Shown here: positions 9,536-18,500 of the stretch, in pieces
How positions within the stretch are numbered: the first letter of the stretch is position 1
How the letters are laid out: each line of letters starts with the position of its first letter
NCBI GenBank assembly: GCA_963702895.1
Contig: OY969767.1
Coordinates: 1,386,506-1,450,505 of the forward strand
Length of the DNA stretch: 64,000 nt
Source: an uncultured Elusimicrobia bacterium
GTDB taxonomy: Bacteria > Elusimicrobiota > Elusimicrobia > 2-01-FULL-59-12
Direction: 5' to 3'
Program-made: the position numbers and the translations under genes
Notes under the pieces: generated by a model
What the model saw: only the letters and a program-made list of their open reading frames with translations
The model's database searches: none
What the model was told of the DNA's origin: nothing

Positions 9536-9979
9536 AGCTATATTCTACCTTTTCAAGGAAGCACTCTAGCCAACCGCTGTTTCCGAATCTCAATTACTTA
9601 CGTCACCAAGTTGCGTCACTAGGAAAGAGACTTGGGGATACGGCAGGATACCAAGATTTCTTACTCCTCAATGATGGTCTACCTAAAGATACCTCAGAAA
9701 TAATTTAAATAAATGCCTGAGGATGGCACTCTACCGCTGTCCCGTCCCCCATACCCGCACCCCGAAGGGGAGCTGAAAGAGCCGGGACAATCCCAACTCT
9801 ATGGCTCGCGAAAGCGAGCTTCAACAGTGGATGGGATGAGTGAACGCCCCGCGCTGCGCCCAATTTCTGCTTTCTGCTCTCTGCTTTCTGCCCTGAATTT
9901 ATTGGGCCCGCCAGGACTCCCCGCCACTACGTCATGGCGGGCCCGCCAACGTCTTAGTGGCGGGGAACCTGGGAAAGAT

Positions 9980-10053
9980 TGGGCCCGGAAGGACTTGAAC
10001 CTTCAACCCTCCAGTTATGAGCCGGACGCTCTAACCGATTGAGCTACGGGCCC
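9980..10053 (-). tRNA. tRNA-Met (anticodon CAT; elongator type or tRNA-Ile2 precursor), no encoded CCA
   Basis: The rc GGGCCCGTAGCTCAATCGGTTAGAGCGTCCGGCTCATAACTGGAGGGTTGAAGGTTCAAGTCCTTCCGGGCCCA forms a cloverleaf with a 1-72 G-C pair and a CAT anticodon. Confidence 0.8.
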
Positions 10054-10134
10054 TTTACAACCAGCTCAGAACTCAGAAGGCAGAGTTCAGAAATATTCAC
10101 TGGTTGCCAAATCTGCGTCGACGCATTTTACAAA

Positions 10135-10449
10135 TTAATTAATAAACCGAAGCGTCAACGGATAGCGCACGGATTCGCCTTTGTTCGCCCGAAGGCCCGC
10201 GCGGATGACGAGCAGGATATGCCCAATCAGAACCAGCGGCAAAAGGACAAACCCGATCAGAATGTAACAAAGCAAGCCTGCCACAAGAGCATAGACCGTC
10301 ACGGAAAGATTAAAATTCACGGCCTCTTTCCCCTGCTCTTGCAGAACAGGATCGCTCTTCCTCTTGAGGAGCCAGATCAACAGAGGAACCAGGACATTCC
10401 CCAGAGGTATCCCAATGTACAGGGAAAGTCCCGCGAGGTGACAGATCAT
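10135..10449 (-). CDS. Small membrane protein (DUF4870-like), translationally coupled to luxC
   Basis: 104-aa product MICHLAGLSLYIGIPLGNVLVPLLIWLLKRK... with two TM helices. ATGA overlap with the luxC stop at 10446-10449. The ORF-track N-extension was rejected. Confidence 0.6.
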   Translation of the reverse strand: MICHLAGLSLYIGIPLGNVLVPLLIWLLKRKSDPVLQEQGKEAVNFNLSVTVYALVAGLLCYILIGFVLLPLVLIGHILLVIRAGLRANKGESVRYPLTLRFIN

Positions 10450-11459
10450 GCTCCAATTGACGGTACTTTGTGTTGGTTCTCCCATGACGTTTCTCCTTTG
10501 ACTGAGTGTAGCACATCGGCAAGATTCACCCCGCCGTTGAGCCAGTCGAGTGGCGGTCTCTGCATTTGCCCCAAAGGACATAGGCGTGAAACACCAAGCC
10601 CCTGCAGGTCTCGTTCGAGCTGTTCCTGCCGACCAGTCTCGCCCGCATAACCCACGCAAGAAAGATGCGGCGCGAGGGTTCGCATCTTGTCGAGCACATC
10701 CTGCCAGCGCTTGAACCCTTCCAGGCGTGGTGCCACCTCCAGTGCGGCCCCCAAGGCCTGCCACTGACTCGGGTCCAAATTTTCCACAAAGATCACCTGC
10801 GGTGACAAGCAGCCCTGGAGCCGAAAGGGTTCAGCATCAGCGATGATTCGGTCCATCCAGACGTTCGAGAGTTCCTTTTGGGCTTCTTCAAAGACAACCC
10901 CGACGCTCAGTTGATGACCATACCCAACAAAGCGTGTCCCAGCAGGCACAGAGGCTTGGACGAGCCGAAGGGTCTCATCGGACCCATAGGCCACCACGAC
11001 ATCAAAGTCGCACAACAACGTTTCACTCCACGCCACGATGTCGACTAATTCTGAGAGTCTTTCATCCATACGCTCAAGCGACTTCTTCCATGCCATTGGA
11101 AAGACAGGCTCCCGAAACGATGGTTTAAGGGCCACCTTCCAACCCGATAGGAGGCTTAGCACAACCCCATGGACCCAGGCGGTAAAGGCGTTCGCCGGCA
11201 AGATATGGAGGACCGTTCGTCCGACGTTCGACGTCCGACGTCCCGACATCCATTGGAGGAGTTTCTCACACGTAAGTTCTTCAAAACAACTCGCAAGCGC
11301 GCGCTCGATCGAACGGCGGCTATAGCCAGTTGAAACTTGAAGGGCCTGGATCGTTTCCGACCGGAAGGCGTCGTCCGGATTCAGCCATCGCTCCGCAACC
11401 TGACCCAAATATTCTATCCGATGGTTCATGTTCGATAGGCCTCCGCCGATAGCGAACAA
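10446..11459 (-). CDS. luxC: Acyl-CoA reductase, LuxC family
   Basis: 337-aa ORF homologous to long-chain acyl-protein/acyl-CoA reductase LuxC (ALDH-like fold). Sits directly downstream of a luxE homologue. Confidence 0.7.
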   Translation of the reverse strand: MFAIGGGLSNMNHRIEYLGQVAERWLNPDDAFRSETIQALQVSTGYSRRSIERALASCFEELTCEKLLQWMSGRRTSNVGRTVLHILPANAFTAWVHGVVLSLLSGWKVALKPSFREPVFPMAWKKSLERMDERLSELVDIVAWSETLLCDFDVVVAYGSDETLRLVQASVPAGTRFVGYGHQLSVGVVFEEAQKELSNVWMDRIIADAEPFRLQGCLSPQVIFVENLDPSQWQALGAALEVAPRLEGFKRWQDVLDKMRTLAPHLSCVGYAGETGRQEQLERDLQGLGVSRLCPLGQMQRPPLDWLNGGVNLADVLHSVKGETSWENQHKVPSIGA

Positions 11460-12481
11460 CCCCGGACCTCAGCATTCGGAGCCCGACCAAGCAGATGAAA
11501 AGCGTCGGACGTCGAACGTCGGACGGACGTTCCAAGGTCCTCCGTCTGAACAGCCATCACGGAATCCACATTGGCCAGGTCAAAATGCCGCAAAAGGCCG
11601 GTTTCGCCTTCCTTGGCGAGTCCACCCGTCACCGAATCCACAACGATGGTTCGCGTCCAAGGAGGTCCTTGGAGAGAGGAAGTCCCCCCTCGTCCATAGA
11701 ATTGAGAACTGAGCTCACACATTCCATATTCATTAATGCATGCTTCTTCTGGGATGCCCAGGGATACTGTCACTTGCTGCACAAATTCTGGCCTGGTCAC
11801 CTGGCGTTTCTCTGTTTTCATTCCCCCCGTATCCATCAACCGGCTGCCAGGAGGAAGACGAAATATCTTTCCCGTCTTGCTTAGATAATCAAAGAATTTC
11901 AGGAAGCTAATCGTTGTGCCCAAGAGAGCCACCGGCACTCCGGTACTTTCCGACTCGCAAAGTTTCCGGAAGAGTTGTGTCTCGAGGAGAACACCTCGTT
12001 CGATGAAGGTGCCGCTACCGGGTGTGCCAAATTTGCGCTTGACGACCTCCAGCATCCAACTCAAGGAAGAGTGCGGGGCCTCCGCTGGAGCCGGCGCTAA
12101 CACCAGCATGGGCAGGCGCGCCTGGTCCGGCAAGACTTGAGATGAGAAAAAGCTCTCAAGCGAGCTCTCGTAGTAGCGAAGTGTCCGAAGATAGTGTTGG
12201 CTCCGGGACGATGAGGTCGTGCCGCTCGAACGAAACACCGCCGCCGCTTGGGCCACAGGAAAGGTGGCCAGCTCAGAGGACTTAAAGGCGGACACGGGAA
12301 CCGCGGGAATTTCCTGCCAGGTCTGGATCCGCACCGGACTCAGACCCTGCGCGCGGCAAAAGGCCTGATAGGGTTTGTTGCGCGCAAACTGATAGGCAAA
12401 AAGTTCAAGGGCGACAGACTCAAAATCACCCGTGCCCGTGCGCAAGAATTGCTCGATACGCTGTCCAAGGCTTTCGGTCAT
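11426..12481 (-). CDS. luxE: Acyl-protein synthetase, LuxE family
   Basis: 351-aa ORF resembling LuxE (adenylate-forming long-chain-fatty-acid ligase). ATGA overlap with the aminotransferase stop at 12478-12481. Confidence 0.7.
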   Translation of the reverse strand: MTESLGQRIEQFLRTGTGDFESVALELFAYQFARNKPYQAFCRAQGLSPVRIQTWQEIPAVPVSAFKSSELATFPVAQAAAVFRSSGTTSSSRSQHYLRTLRYYESSLESFFSSQVLPDQARLPMLVLAPAPAEAPHSSLSWMLEVVKRKFGTPGSGTFIERGVLLETQLFRKLCESESTGVPVALLGTTISFLKFFDYLSKTGKIFRLPPGSRLMDTGGMKTEKRQVTRPEFVQQVTVSLGIPEEACINEYGMCELSSQFYGRGGTSSLQGPPWTRTIVVDSVTGGLAKEGETGLLRHFDLANVDSVMAVQTEDLGTSVRRSTSDAFHLLGRAPNAEVRGCSLSAEAYRT

Positions 12482-13953
12482 ACGGTTTTTATGCCGTCAC
12501 CCCGGCGGAAGCCGGCCCTCCACACATCCGGCGGGCCGTCCGCCCTGCCGTGTGGCGGACGGGGTCCATCATTGTCGGCAAAGAATGGATAGATCCCCCG
12601 CTTACTACCGCGGGGGATGACGGCGAACAGTACCTCACAGAGAATATGGGTTGCCAATTTTAAATCATTTCCTGAAATGGTCAGCGGCGGCGTGAGGGTG
12701 AGCACATTGCGCCGGACTCCTCCGGACAAGACGATGAGCCGCTTCTTGAGCGATTCGGTGACCACCCGCGCGGCAAGCCTGGGTGCCGGCGTGAGGGTTT
12801 TCTTGTCTTGGACCAATTCGATGCCGATCATAAGCCCCAGACCGCGCACCTCTCCCACACAGGGATGATCGGCCAAGGCGTCCTGGAGTTCCCTGAGCCA
12901 CGGTTTGCCCACACGCGAGGCCCGCTCGGCCAGCTTCTTCGCTCGAAGTTCCTTCAGCGTCGCAAGCGCCATCGCACATCCCAGGGGATGGCCCAGAAAC
13001 GTGCTCGTATGGATGGCCTCGCCATCCGACGGCGGCCACGCGTCCATCGCGGCCCGTGTGCCCAGGCAGGCCGAAAGAGGAAAACCATTCGTCAGCGCTT
13101 TACCGACGCAGACAAGGTCCGGGTCGACGCCAAAATGATCCACCGCCAAAAACCGGCCGGTCCGGCCGGTGCCAGAAAAGATCTCGTCGTCGATCAAGAG
13201 CAGCTGATAGCGCCTCGCGAGCGCTCGCAAACCCCGTAGAAACACGGGGCCGGCGACGCGCACGCCGCCCCGGCCTTGCACGGGCTCCACGATAATCGCT
13301 CCAAAGGGCCCGGCGGGATGTTTCCCTTGCTTGAGGAGGCGCTCTAAGTTCTCAAGGCACCGCTCGGCAGAGTTCCCGCGGAGCTCATCGGGGAATGGCG
13401 AAAGCGCGCACCAGGCGGGCAGTTGATCTTGGAACGGATTTCGAAAATCTTCTCGATCGCACAACCCGAGGGTCCCGTAGCTCAGCCCATGGTAGGCCCC
13501 ATCGAAAGCGATCACACCTTTCTTGCCTGTCGCCAGGCGCGCCGTTTTGAGGGCAGACTCCACCGCTTCCGCGCCGGAGCTCGAAAGGATGGCGAGCGGA
13601 AATCGTCGCGAAGTGGCCACGCTCAAGGCCTCAAGGAGCTGAACTTTGACCGCATTGGGATGCACGTCGCCCATGCCATGCCACATCTTTTGGCTTTGTT
13701 TTACGATAGCGCGCTGGACGCAAGGTGCCCCGTGACCCAACCCGGCCACACCGAAGGCGCTCGTGAGGTCGAGATACCGAGTGCCGTCCACGTCCCTCAC
13801 CCAGGAGCCTGCGGCGGACTCCCAGAACACGGGAAAGTCATCCGAGAGGTAGGTGATATTCCTGGACTCGACCCGGCGCAGCCGCCGCGCAAGCTGTCGG
13901 GATTTCGGACCCGGAAGGCGACTAGGGTGAGCGAGCGAAGTGAGTCGATTCAT
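12478..13953 (-). CDS. Class III (PLP-dependent) aminotransferase with MITE-encoded C-terminal extension
   Basis: Aminotransferase class-III motifs (…GAEAVESALKTARLATGKKGVIAFDGAYHG…, PLP-lysine region). The last ~45 codons (…PRGSKRGIYPFFADNDGPRPPHGRADGPPDVWRAGFRRGDGIKTV) are read through repeat element B1. Confidence 0.85.
   Translation of the reverse strand: MNRLTSLAHPSRLPGPKSRQLARRLRRVESRNITYLSDDFPVFWESAAGSWVRDVDGTRYLDLTSAFGVAGLGHGAPCVQRAIVKQSQKMWHGMGDVHPNAVKVQLLEALSVATSRRFPLAILSSSGAEAVESALKTARLATGKKGVIAFDGAYHGLSYGTLGLCDREDFRNPFQDQLPAWCALSPFPDELRGNSAERCLENLERLLKQGKHPAGPFGAIIVEPVQGRGGVRVAGPVFLRGLRALARRYQLLLIDDEIFSGTGRTGRFLAVDHFGVDPDLVCVGKALTNGFPLSACLGTRAAMDAWPPSDGEAIHTSTFLGHPLGCAMALATLKELRAKKLAERASRVGKPWLRELQDALADHPCVGEVRGLGLMIGIELVQDKKTLTPAPRLAARVVTESLKKRLIVLSGGVRRNVLTLTPPLTISGNDLKLATHILCEVLFAVIPRGSKRGIYPFFADNDGPRPPHGRADGPPDVWRAGFRRGDGIKTV
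12493..12623. mobile_element. MITE-like palindromic element, family B copy 1 (termini GCCGTCACCCC…GGGGATGACGG)
   Basis: ~130 bp. Near-identical to 41401-41537 (shared core GCCGGCCCTCCACACATCCGGCGGGCCGTCCGCCCTGCCGTGTGGCGGACGGGGTC). Internal hairpins. Inserted in-frame in the 3' end of the aminotransferase gene. Confidence 0.75.
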
Positions 13954-13979
13954 CGACGGTATTTTATCTTAAAAAACAT

Positions 13980-14012
13980 ACGGGGACGTTGGTAACTTAC
14001 CAACGTCCCCGT
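13980..14012. terminator. Perfect 16-bp-arm hairpin (ACGGGGACGTTGGTAA/TTACCAACGTCCCCGT) followed on the minus strand by T6
   Basis: Seen in sequence, with the A-rich run 13971-13976 on plus. Candidate minus-strand intrinsic terminator insulating the aminotransferase operon. Abuts the IS target duplication. Confidence 0.45.
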
Positions 14013-14020
14013 GTGTCCTG

Positions 14021-15405
14021 GAGTTACCATCAAAAGTGCTGGAAATAGGTTCTGAGGCAAGGAAGGATTTGCCTTAGGAATAGATAACGGCGTACCCTTT
14101 CGTTGAACCAAACAAACCTGTCCGTTCAAGCGGACAATAAACGAAAAGGAGACGCCGTTATGAAGACCATTGTAAACGTGAAAGGCTGCGAACACAAAGA
14201 GAGCATGCTGGATTATCTGGCCCGAGAGGGAGCGCGCAAAATGCTGGTGGAAGCCCTGGAGGAAGAAGTGACGATGTATCTGGAGCGGCGGCGCTATGAG
14301 CGGGCGAAGAGCCTGGAGAAAGGCTATCGCAACGGAACCCGGGAGCGGAAGGTGACAGTTTTGGGAGCAGGTTTAAAGCTCTCGGTGCCGCAAGTCGACG
14401 GGGGCGAGTTTGAGTCGAGCATCTTGCGTCCGTACCAGCGGCGAACCGAGGGTGTCGAGGAGTTATTCCGGCGGCTGTACCTGGAGGGGCTCTCGAGCCG
14501 GGACTTTGAGCCGGCGATGCGAGCACTGATCGGGGATGGAGCCACCTTATCAGCCAGCACGATCCTGCGTTTATCGGCGAAGTTTCAATCGGACCTGGCC
14601 ACCTTCAGCCGCCGGGACTTATCCGAAACGCGTTACGCCTATGTCTGGGCGGACGGCGTGTACTTGAAGGCCGGGCTGGAGAAAGAGAATACGGCGCTTT
14701 TAGTGTTGGTTGGCGTGAATGCCGATGGGAAGAAAGAGCTGATTGCTCTGATGGAAGGCTACCGGGAGAGCCGGGATTCCTGGAAGGAAATCTGGCGAGG
14801 GGTGGCGGAGCGTGGAATGCCCGCTCCGCTCTTGGTTATCGGCGATGGGATGGGTGGGCTCTGGGAGGCGGTGGCGGAGGTCTATCCGACCGCCAAAGAT
14901 CAACGGTGCTGGAAGCACAAGATGCGCAACGTCGTGGATAAAGTGCCGAAGGCCAAGCAAGAGGAGGTGCTCAACCGTCTGCGCGTAGCGTATCAGGCGG
15001 AGCGTCGAGAAGACGCGGAGAATCACCTGGCCTTGTTAGCCGAGGACCTGGAGATTCGCTACCCGAAGGCGGCGGCTTGTATCCGGAAGGACCATGACGC
15101 CTTGCTGCGCTACTTCGACTTTCCGAAGGAGCACTGGGTGCATTTAAAGACGAGCAATCCGATCGAGTCGGTCTTCGCGGGGGTCCGATTGCGAACTCGC
15201 GTTGTGCGGCGGTTTCAGAAATCTCGCACGGGAGTAGCGTTCGTCTACAAAATCATTGAACGCCTGGCGCAATTCTGGAAGCCGATTGAGAAGCCGGAAT
15301 TGGTGATGGGATTATTCGTCGAACGAGAGAAGCTGGAGGTAGCGGCCTAAGAGACTTTCGACCAAAGGGGCGCCGATCGATTTCCATCACATTTGACTAA
15401 AGCTC
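14021..15405 (+). mobile_element. IS256-family insertion sequence (1385 bp) flanked by 9-bp direct repeats TGTGTCCTG (14012-14020 and 15406-15414)
   Basis: Imperfect terminal inverted repeats GAGTTACCATCAAAAGTGCTGG (left) and rc GAGCTTTAGTCAAATGTGATGG (right), 15/22 identical. Single transposase ORF inside. Identical 9-bp flanks. Confidence 0.7.
14103..15350 (+). CDS. IS256-family (mutator-type) transposase
   Basis: 415-aa ORF (likely start MKTIVNV at 14160) with conserved IS256 transposase regions (…YLERRRYER…, DDE-containing core …VWADGVYLK…ALMEGYRES…). Confidence 0.85.
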   Translation: MNQTNLSVQADNKRKGDAVMKTIVNVKGCEHKESMLDYLAREGARKMLVEALEEEVTMYLERRRYERAKSLEKGYRNGTRERKVTVLGAGLKLSVPQVDGGEFESSILRPYQRRTEGVEELFRRLYLEGLSSRDFEPAMRALIGDGATLSASTILRLSAKFQSDLATFSRRDLSETRYAYVWADGVYLKAGLEKENTALLVLVGVNADGKKELIALMEGYRESRDSWKEIWRGVAERGMPAPLLVIGDGMGGLWEAVAEVYPTAKDQRCWKHKMRNVVDKVPKAKQEEVLNRLRVAYQAERREDAENHLALLAEDLEIRYPKAAACIRKDHDALLRYFDFPKEHWVHLKTSNPIESVFAGVRLRTRVVRRFQKSRTGVAFVYKIIERLAQFWKPIEKPELVMGLFVEREKLEVAA

Positions 15406-15522
15406 TGTGTCCTGGGCCGTCGATACCCATATTTTATGGGTCTTTTAGGCCCGTATTTTTGGCCTTCCCTACTATATATTCATTGCCGGAAACCCCCTAT
15501 TATTAAGGAGACTAGATCTTCG

Positions 15523-18500
15523 ATGATTCCCTTTATATTTCAGCGATTTGTCGCACTTCTCCTGGTCCCCTCCCTTCTCGTGGACCCGCTCACGGCGGCT
15601 GCCTTATCCAATGAAAGTCCGAGACCTGTTGACTTGGCTGCCGCACGCGGCGTCAATTTCCTCAACCAAGCCTTAATGGAGAGGCTGACAGGCGCTGAAT
15701 TCCATCCTGCCGCATCGCCAAAACATATCAGTGTCGTGAAGGATTTAATTCAAAGATTGAGGGAAGCCGCGAAAGGGAAAGTTCAGGGCGGGTCGTCAAC
15801 CGATCATCCGTCCTCTGGTAAGGTCGGCCATGGCGATACCGCAGGCTCCGTTAACGGAAATGGTATGTCGCGGCGTGATTTGCTGAAGCAATCTGCGCTG
15901 GCTTTGATGGTTCAGAACCTTCCGGCAGCGGCTCAAGCGGCTCTCGAGGCAGTCCCCATGAAGAGGCGCACGGCTTTTATCCAATTTCTCAGTGCCTTTC
16001 AACAAACACTTGAAGCCTTGCCGCGCGAGGTGAGAGACTACCATCAGGACCCCGACCTCCAGATGGGTGCCGGCAAATTCGGAGAGTTGGCAGACGCGAT
16101 CAGATCCTTGCGCGCTCAAGGAGCTTCGTCAGGGTTCAGCTCGGGCGCGTTGGGGGATTTGCAGGACATCTTTAAATTTTTGCAAGGGTCCGTTCGTCAA
16201 CAGGTGGCGTCTCCGGAGTGGCAGACCCGATTTGCTCCAGAGACGCTCAGGATGCTCCAACTCGCAGCCTCGTCACCGAATGACTTTGAGCTGGAATATC
16301 GTGTCGGCCTCTCCTGCCGCTGGCTGGAAAGCAACGGTATACAGGTAAGCCGTGAGGCAGCCCTGCAATCCGCGCGCGACGCTGTGGTGACGGGGCAAGA
16401 GCCACTTGGCGACTACCTTCAGAAGTGGCTTACGCCGCTCGTTTCAGAGCGTGTCGCGCCTACGGTCGCGCAGGAGGCGCAGCAATTGGCTCGCCTCGGC
16501 GCAAACCCAATTCAAACGGCGGATGCTTTTGCCGTGGAATTCATCCGTGAGTTCCAAAAACATCCTGGCAACGCTTTCTGGCCGAATCCGGATAAATTCC
16601 AGAAATATGTTCATGGCCAGGCGCGGCTCAAGGCGTTAGATGCGTTCCGCAGCAGCGTCAGCGAATTGGGGACGACCCTGGCGAAGGCTGGGGTCAGAAT
16701 CGACGGCGGATTTGTGTCAGCATACAGCAATGACGACTGGGGTTTTAACAAATGGATGAAGGATCCCGCTGCCTATATCCAAGAGATCCGAAGAATCACT
16801 TGGACTTCGCATGTCCGCGGAATGATGTTACAGCGGCTCGAAGAAAAACGGTCACGCTACAACCACGTCGCCTACCAGCGATTGAGAGACAGCATCTTTG
16901 ACATCCAGGACGAGGGCCTCGATCTGGACGCGGACCCCGACACGCTGTTCCACCAGCTCGAGTCCGCCATGGACGCGGAAGGAATCAACCGTCTCCCGGC
17001 AATTCCCGCGAACCGCGTGCCGCCTCCAATGTCCCAGGTTAAGGCACCCGGCGGCGTGCCCGCGGATCTGGATTCGCTCGTCAAGGACATTGCCGAGAGA
17101 GCGACAGCGACGGATGTCGAGGTCCGGGTCTTTATGGATGCGAAGGGGGCCGTCCGGTTTTTCGACATCCGCCCCTTGGATCCAAACGTGAGAGGCTTGC
17201 TGAGGACCCTGAGAGGCGCAGACCTCCCGTTCCTGAAGAAGAGGAACGGCCGCCCAGGGTGGCGTTACGGAATGCGCATCTCAAAGGGGACGCCTGCCTC
17301 AAAGATCAAATCGCGTCTCTTGTCGGGACTCGATTCTGGCCTCTGGCTGGACTTTTACACGGCGCCGCAGCATGACGGATCCCGCCTCCTCCCAGCTCAA
17401 GAGCCGCAAGCGAGCGAACCACTTTTAGCGCCCCGGATGAGCATTTTCAGCGGCCCCGAGTGGTTTGAACGGTGGGGCGCCCCCCTGGAAAGCGTGATGG
17501 TGGGCGCTCTGGCCAGCGGGATCCCGGCGCTTCTGCTTCTCCTTGTGGGCGTGGACTCAAGTGCTCCGACTGTCCTAAACGAGGCCGTCTTGTTGCCCGC
17601 GATGGCTTTGCTGATCTTGACCTTGGGCCAATGGTTGGCCGTTGACCTGTATAGCGGGCGGCATCCTTTGGATCGAAGGGAAGCATGGGACCGGTTGATC
17701 CGAAATGGCACATGGCTTCGGACTCCGCCGCAGAAGGTGCACGGTTGGGCCACGCGCATTGCCCTGGGCGCTGGCGCCGCGGCGCTGCTCCTGCAGGCCA
17801 CGCCGGTACTACCCCTCAGCCTGGCGTCCTACCTCGCCGTCGTCGCAGGGACCTACACGCTGACCCATCTGGCCGTTCATTTCCACCACAATCTCACCCA
17901 CGACAGCGACTTGCGCATGAGCCTTCGTCCGGCCGTACGACCTCCGCTCAATATCCCGATCATGGAATCCCTAAGAGAGCGATGGAAATCGATTTTGATC
18001 GCCGCGCTGTCTCCTCTTCCGTTTTATCTCATCCCCAGAATTATACAGAGACTCATGAAATGGCCGTTTCCTTCGGATCTGGAATTTATGATCACACTTC
18101 TGTTCGGTTTTGCGATCGGCATGGCGGGCATGATCATCTATGAAACAGCCGCGCATACGCTGAAATCTCAACGTGGGGCGGGGACCGAACCTTCGGGACC
18201 CTTGGTGACCCAGGGCTTATATCAATGGGTCCGACACCCTATTTACATGGGTTATTTCCTTGCCTACGGCGGAATCCTGTCGATGTTCAGCTCTCTGATT
18301 ACCACCGTGCCCTTATTTGTCGTTCTCCCTTCGGTGGTCTACTACTGTGTCGACAAAGCGGGCGCGGAAGAGACCCACTTGCATGCTCGGTTCGGCGATT
18401 TATATCGTGATTACGCGCGCCGCACCCCTTCCTTTTTCCCCTTCCGGCTGCCACGGCTCCGTCTGATGTCGGCAACGGCTCCCGCGGTCGACGGCCAACA

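Noticed and set aside
9713-10042. 109-aa plus ORF
   Set aside because: Overlaps tRNA-Met on the opposite strand and the conserved non-coding boxes.
10135-10764. 209-aa version of the small membrane protein
   Set aside because: The N-terminal 105 residues overlap luxC and are Arg/Gly-rich. An ATGA-coupled start at 10449 gives a compact two-TM protein.
12478-12623. Treating the aminotransferase C-terminal 45 residues as native sequence
   Set aside because: The segment is >90% identical at DNA level to the intergenic element at 41401-41537. It therefore derives from the MITE.
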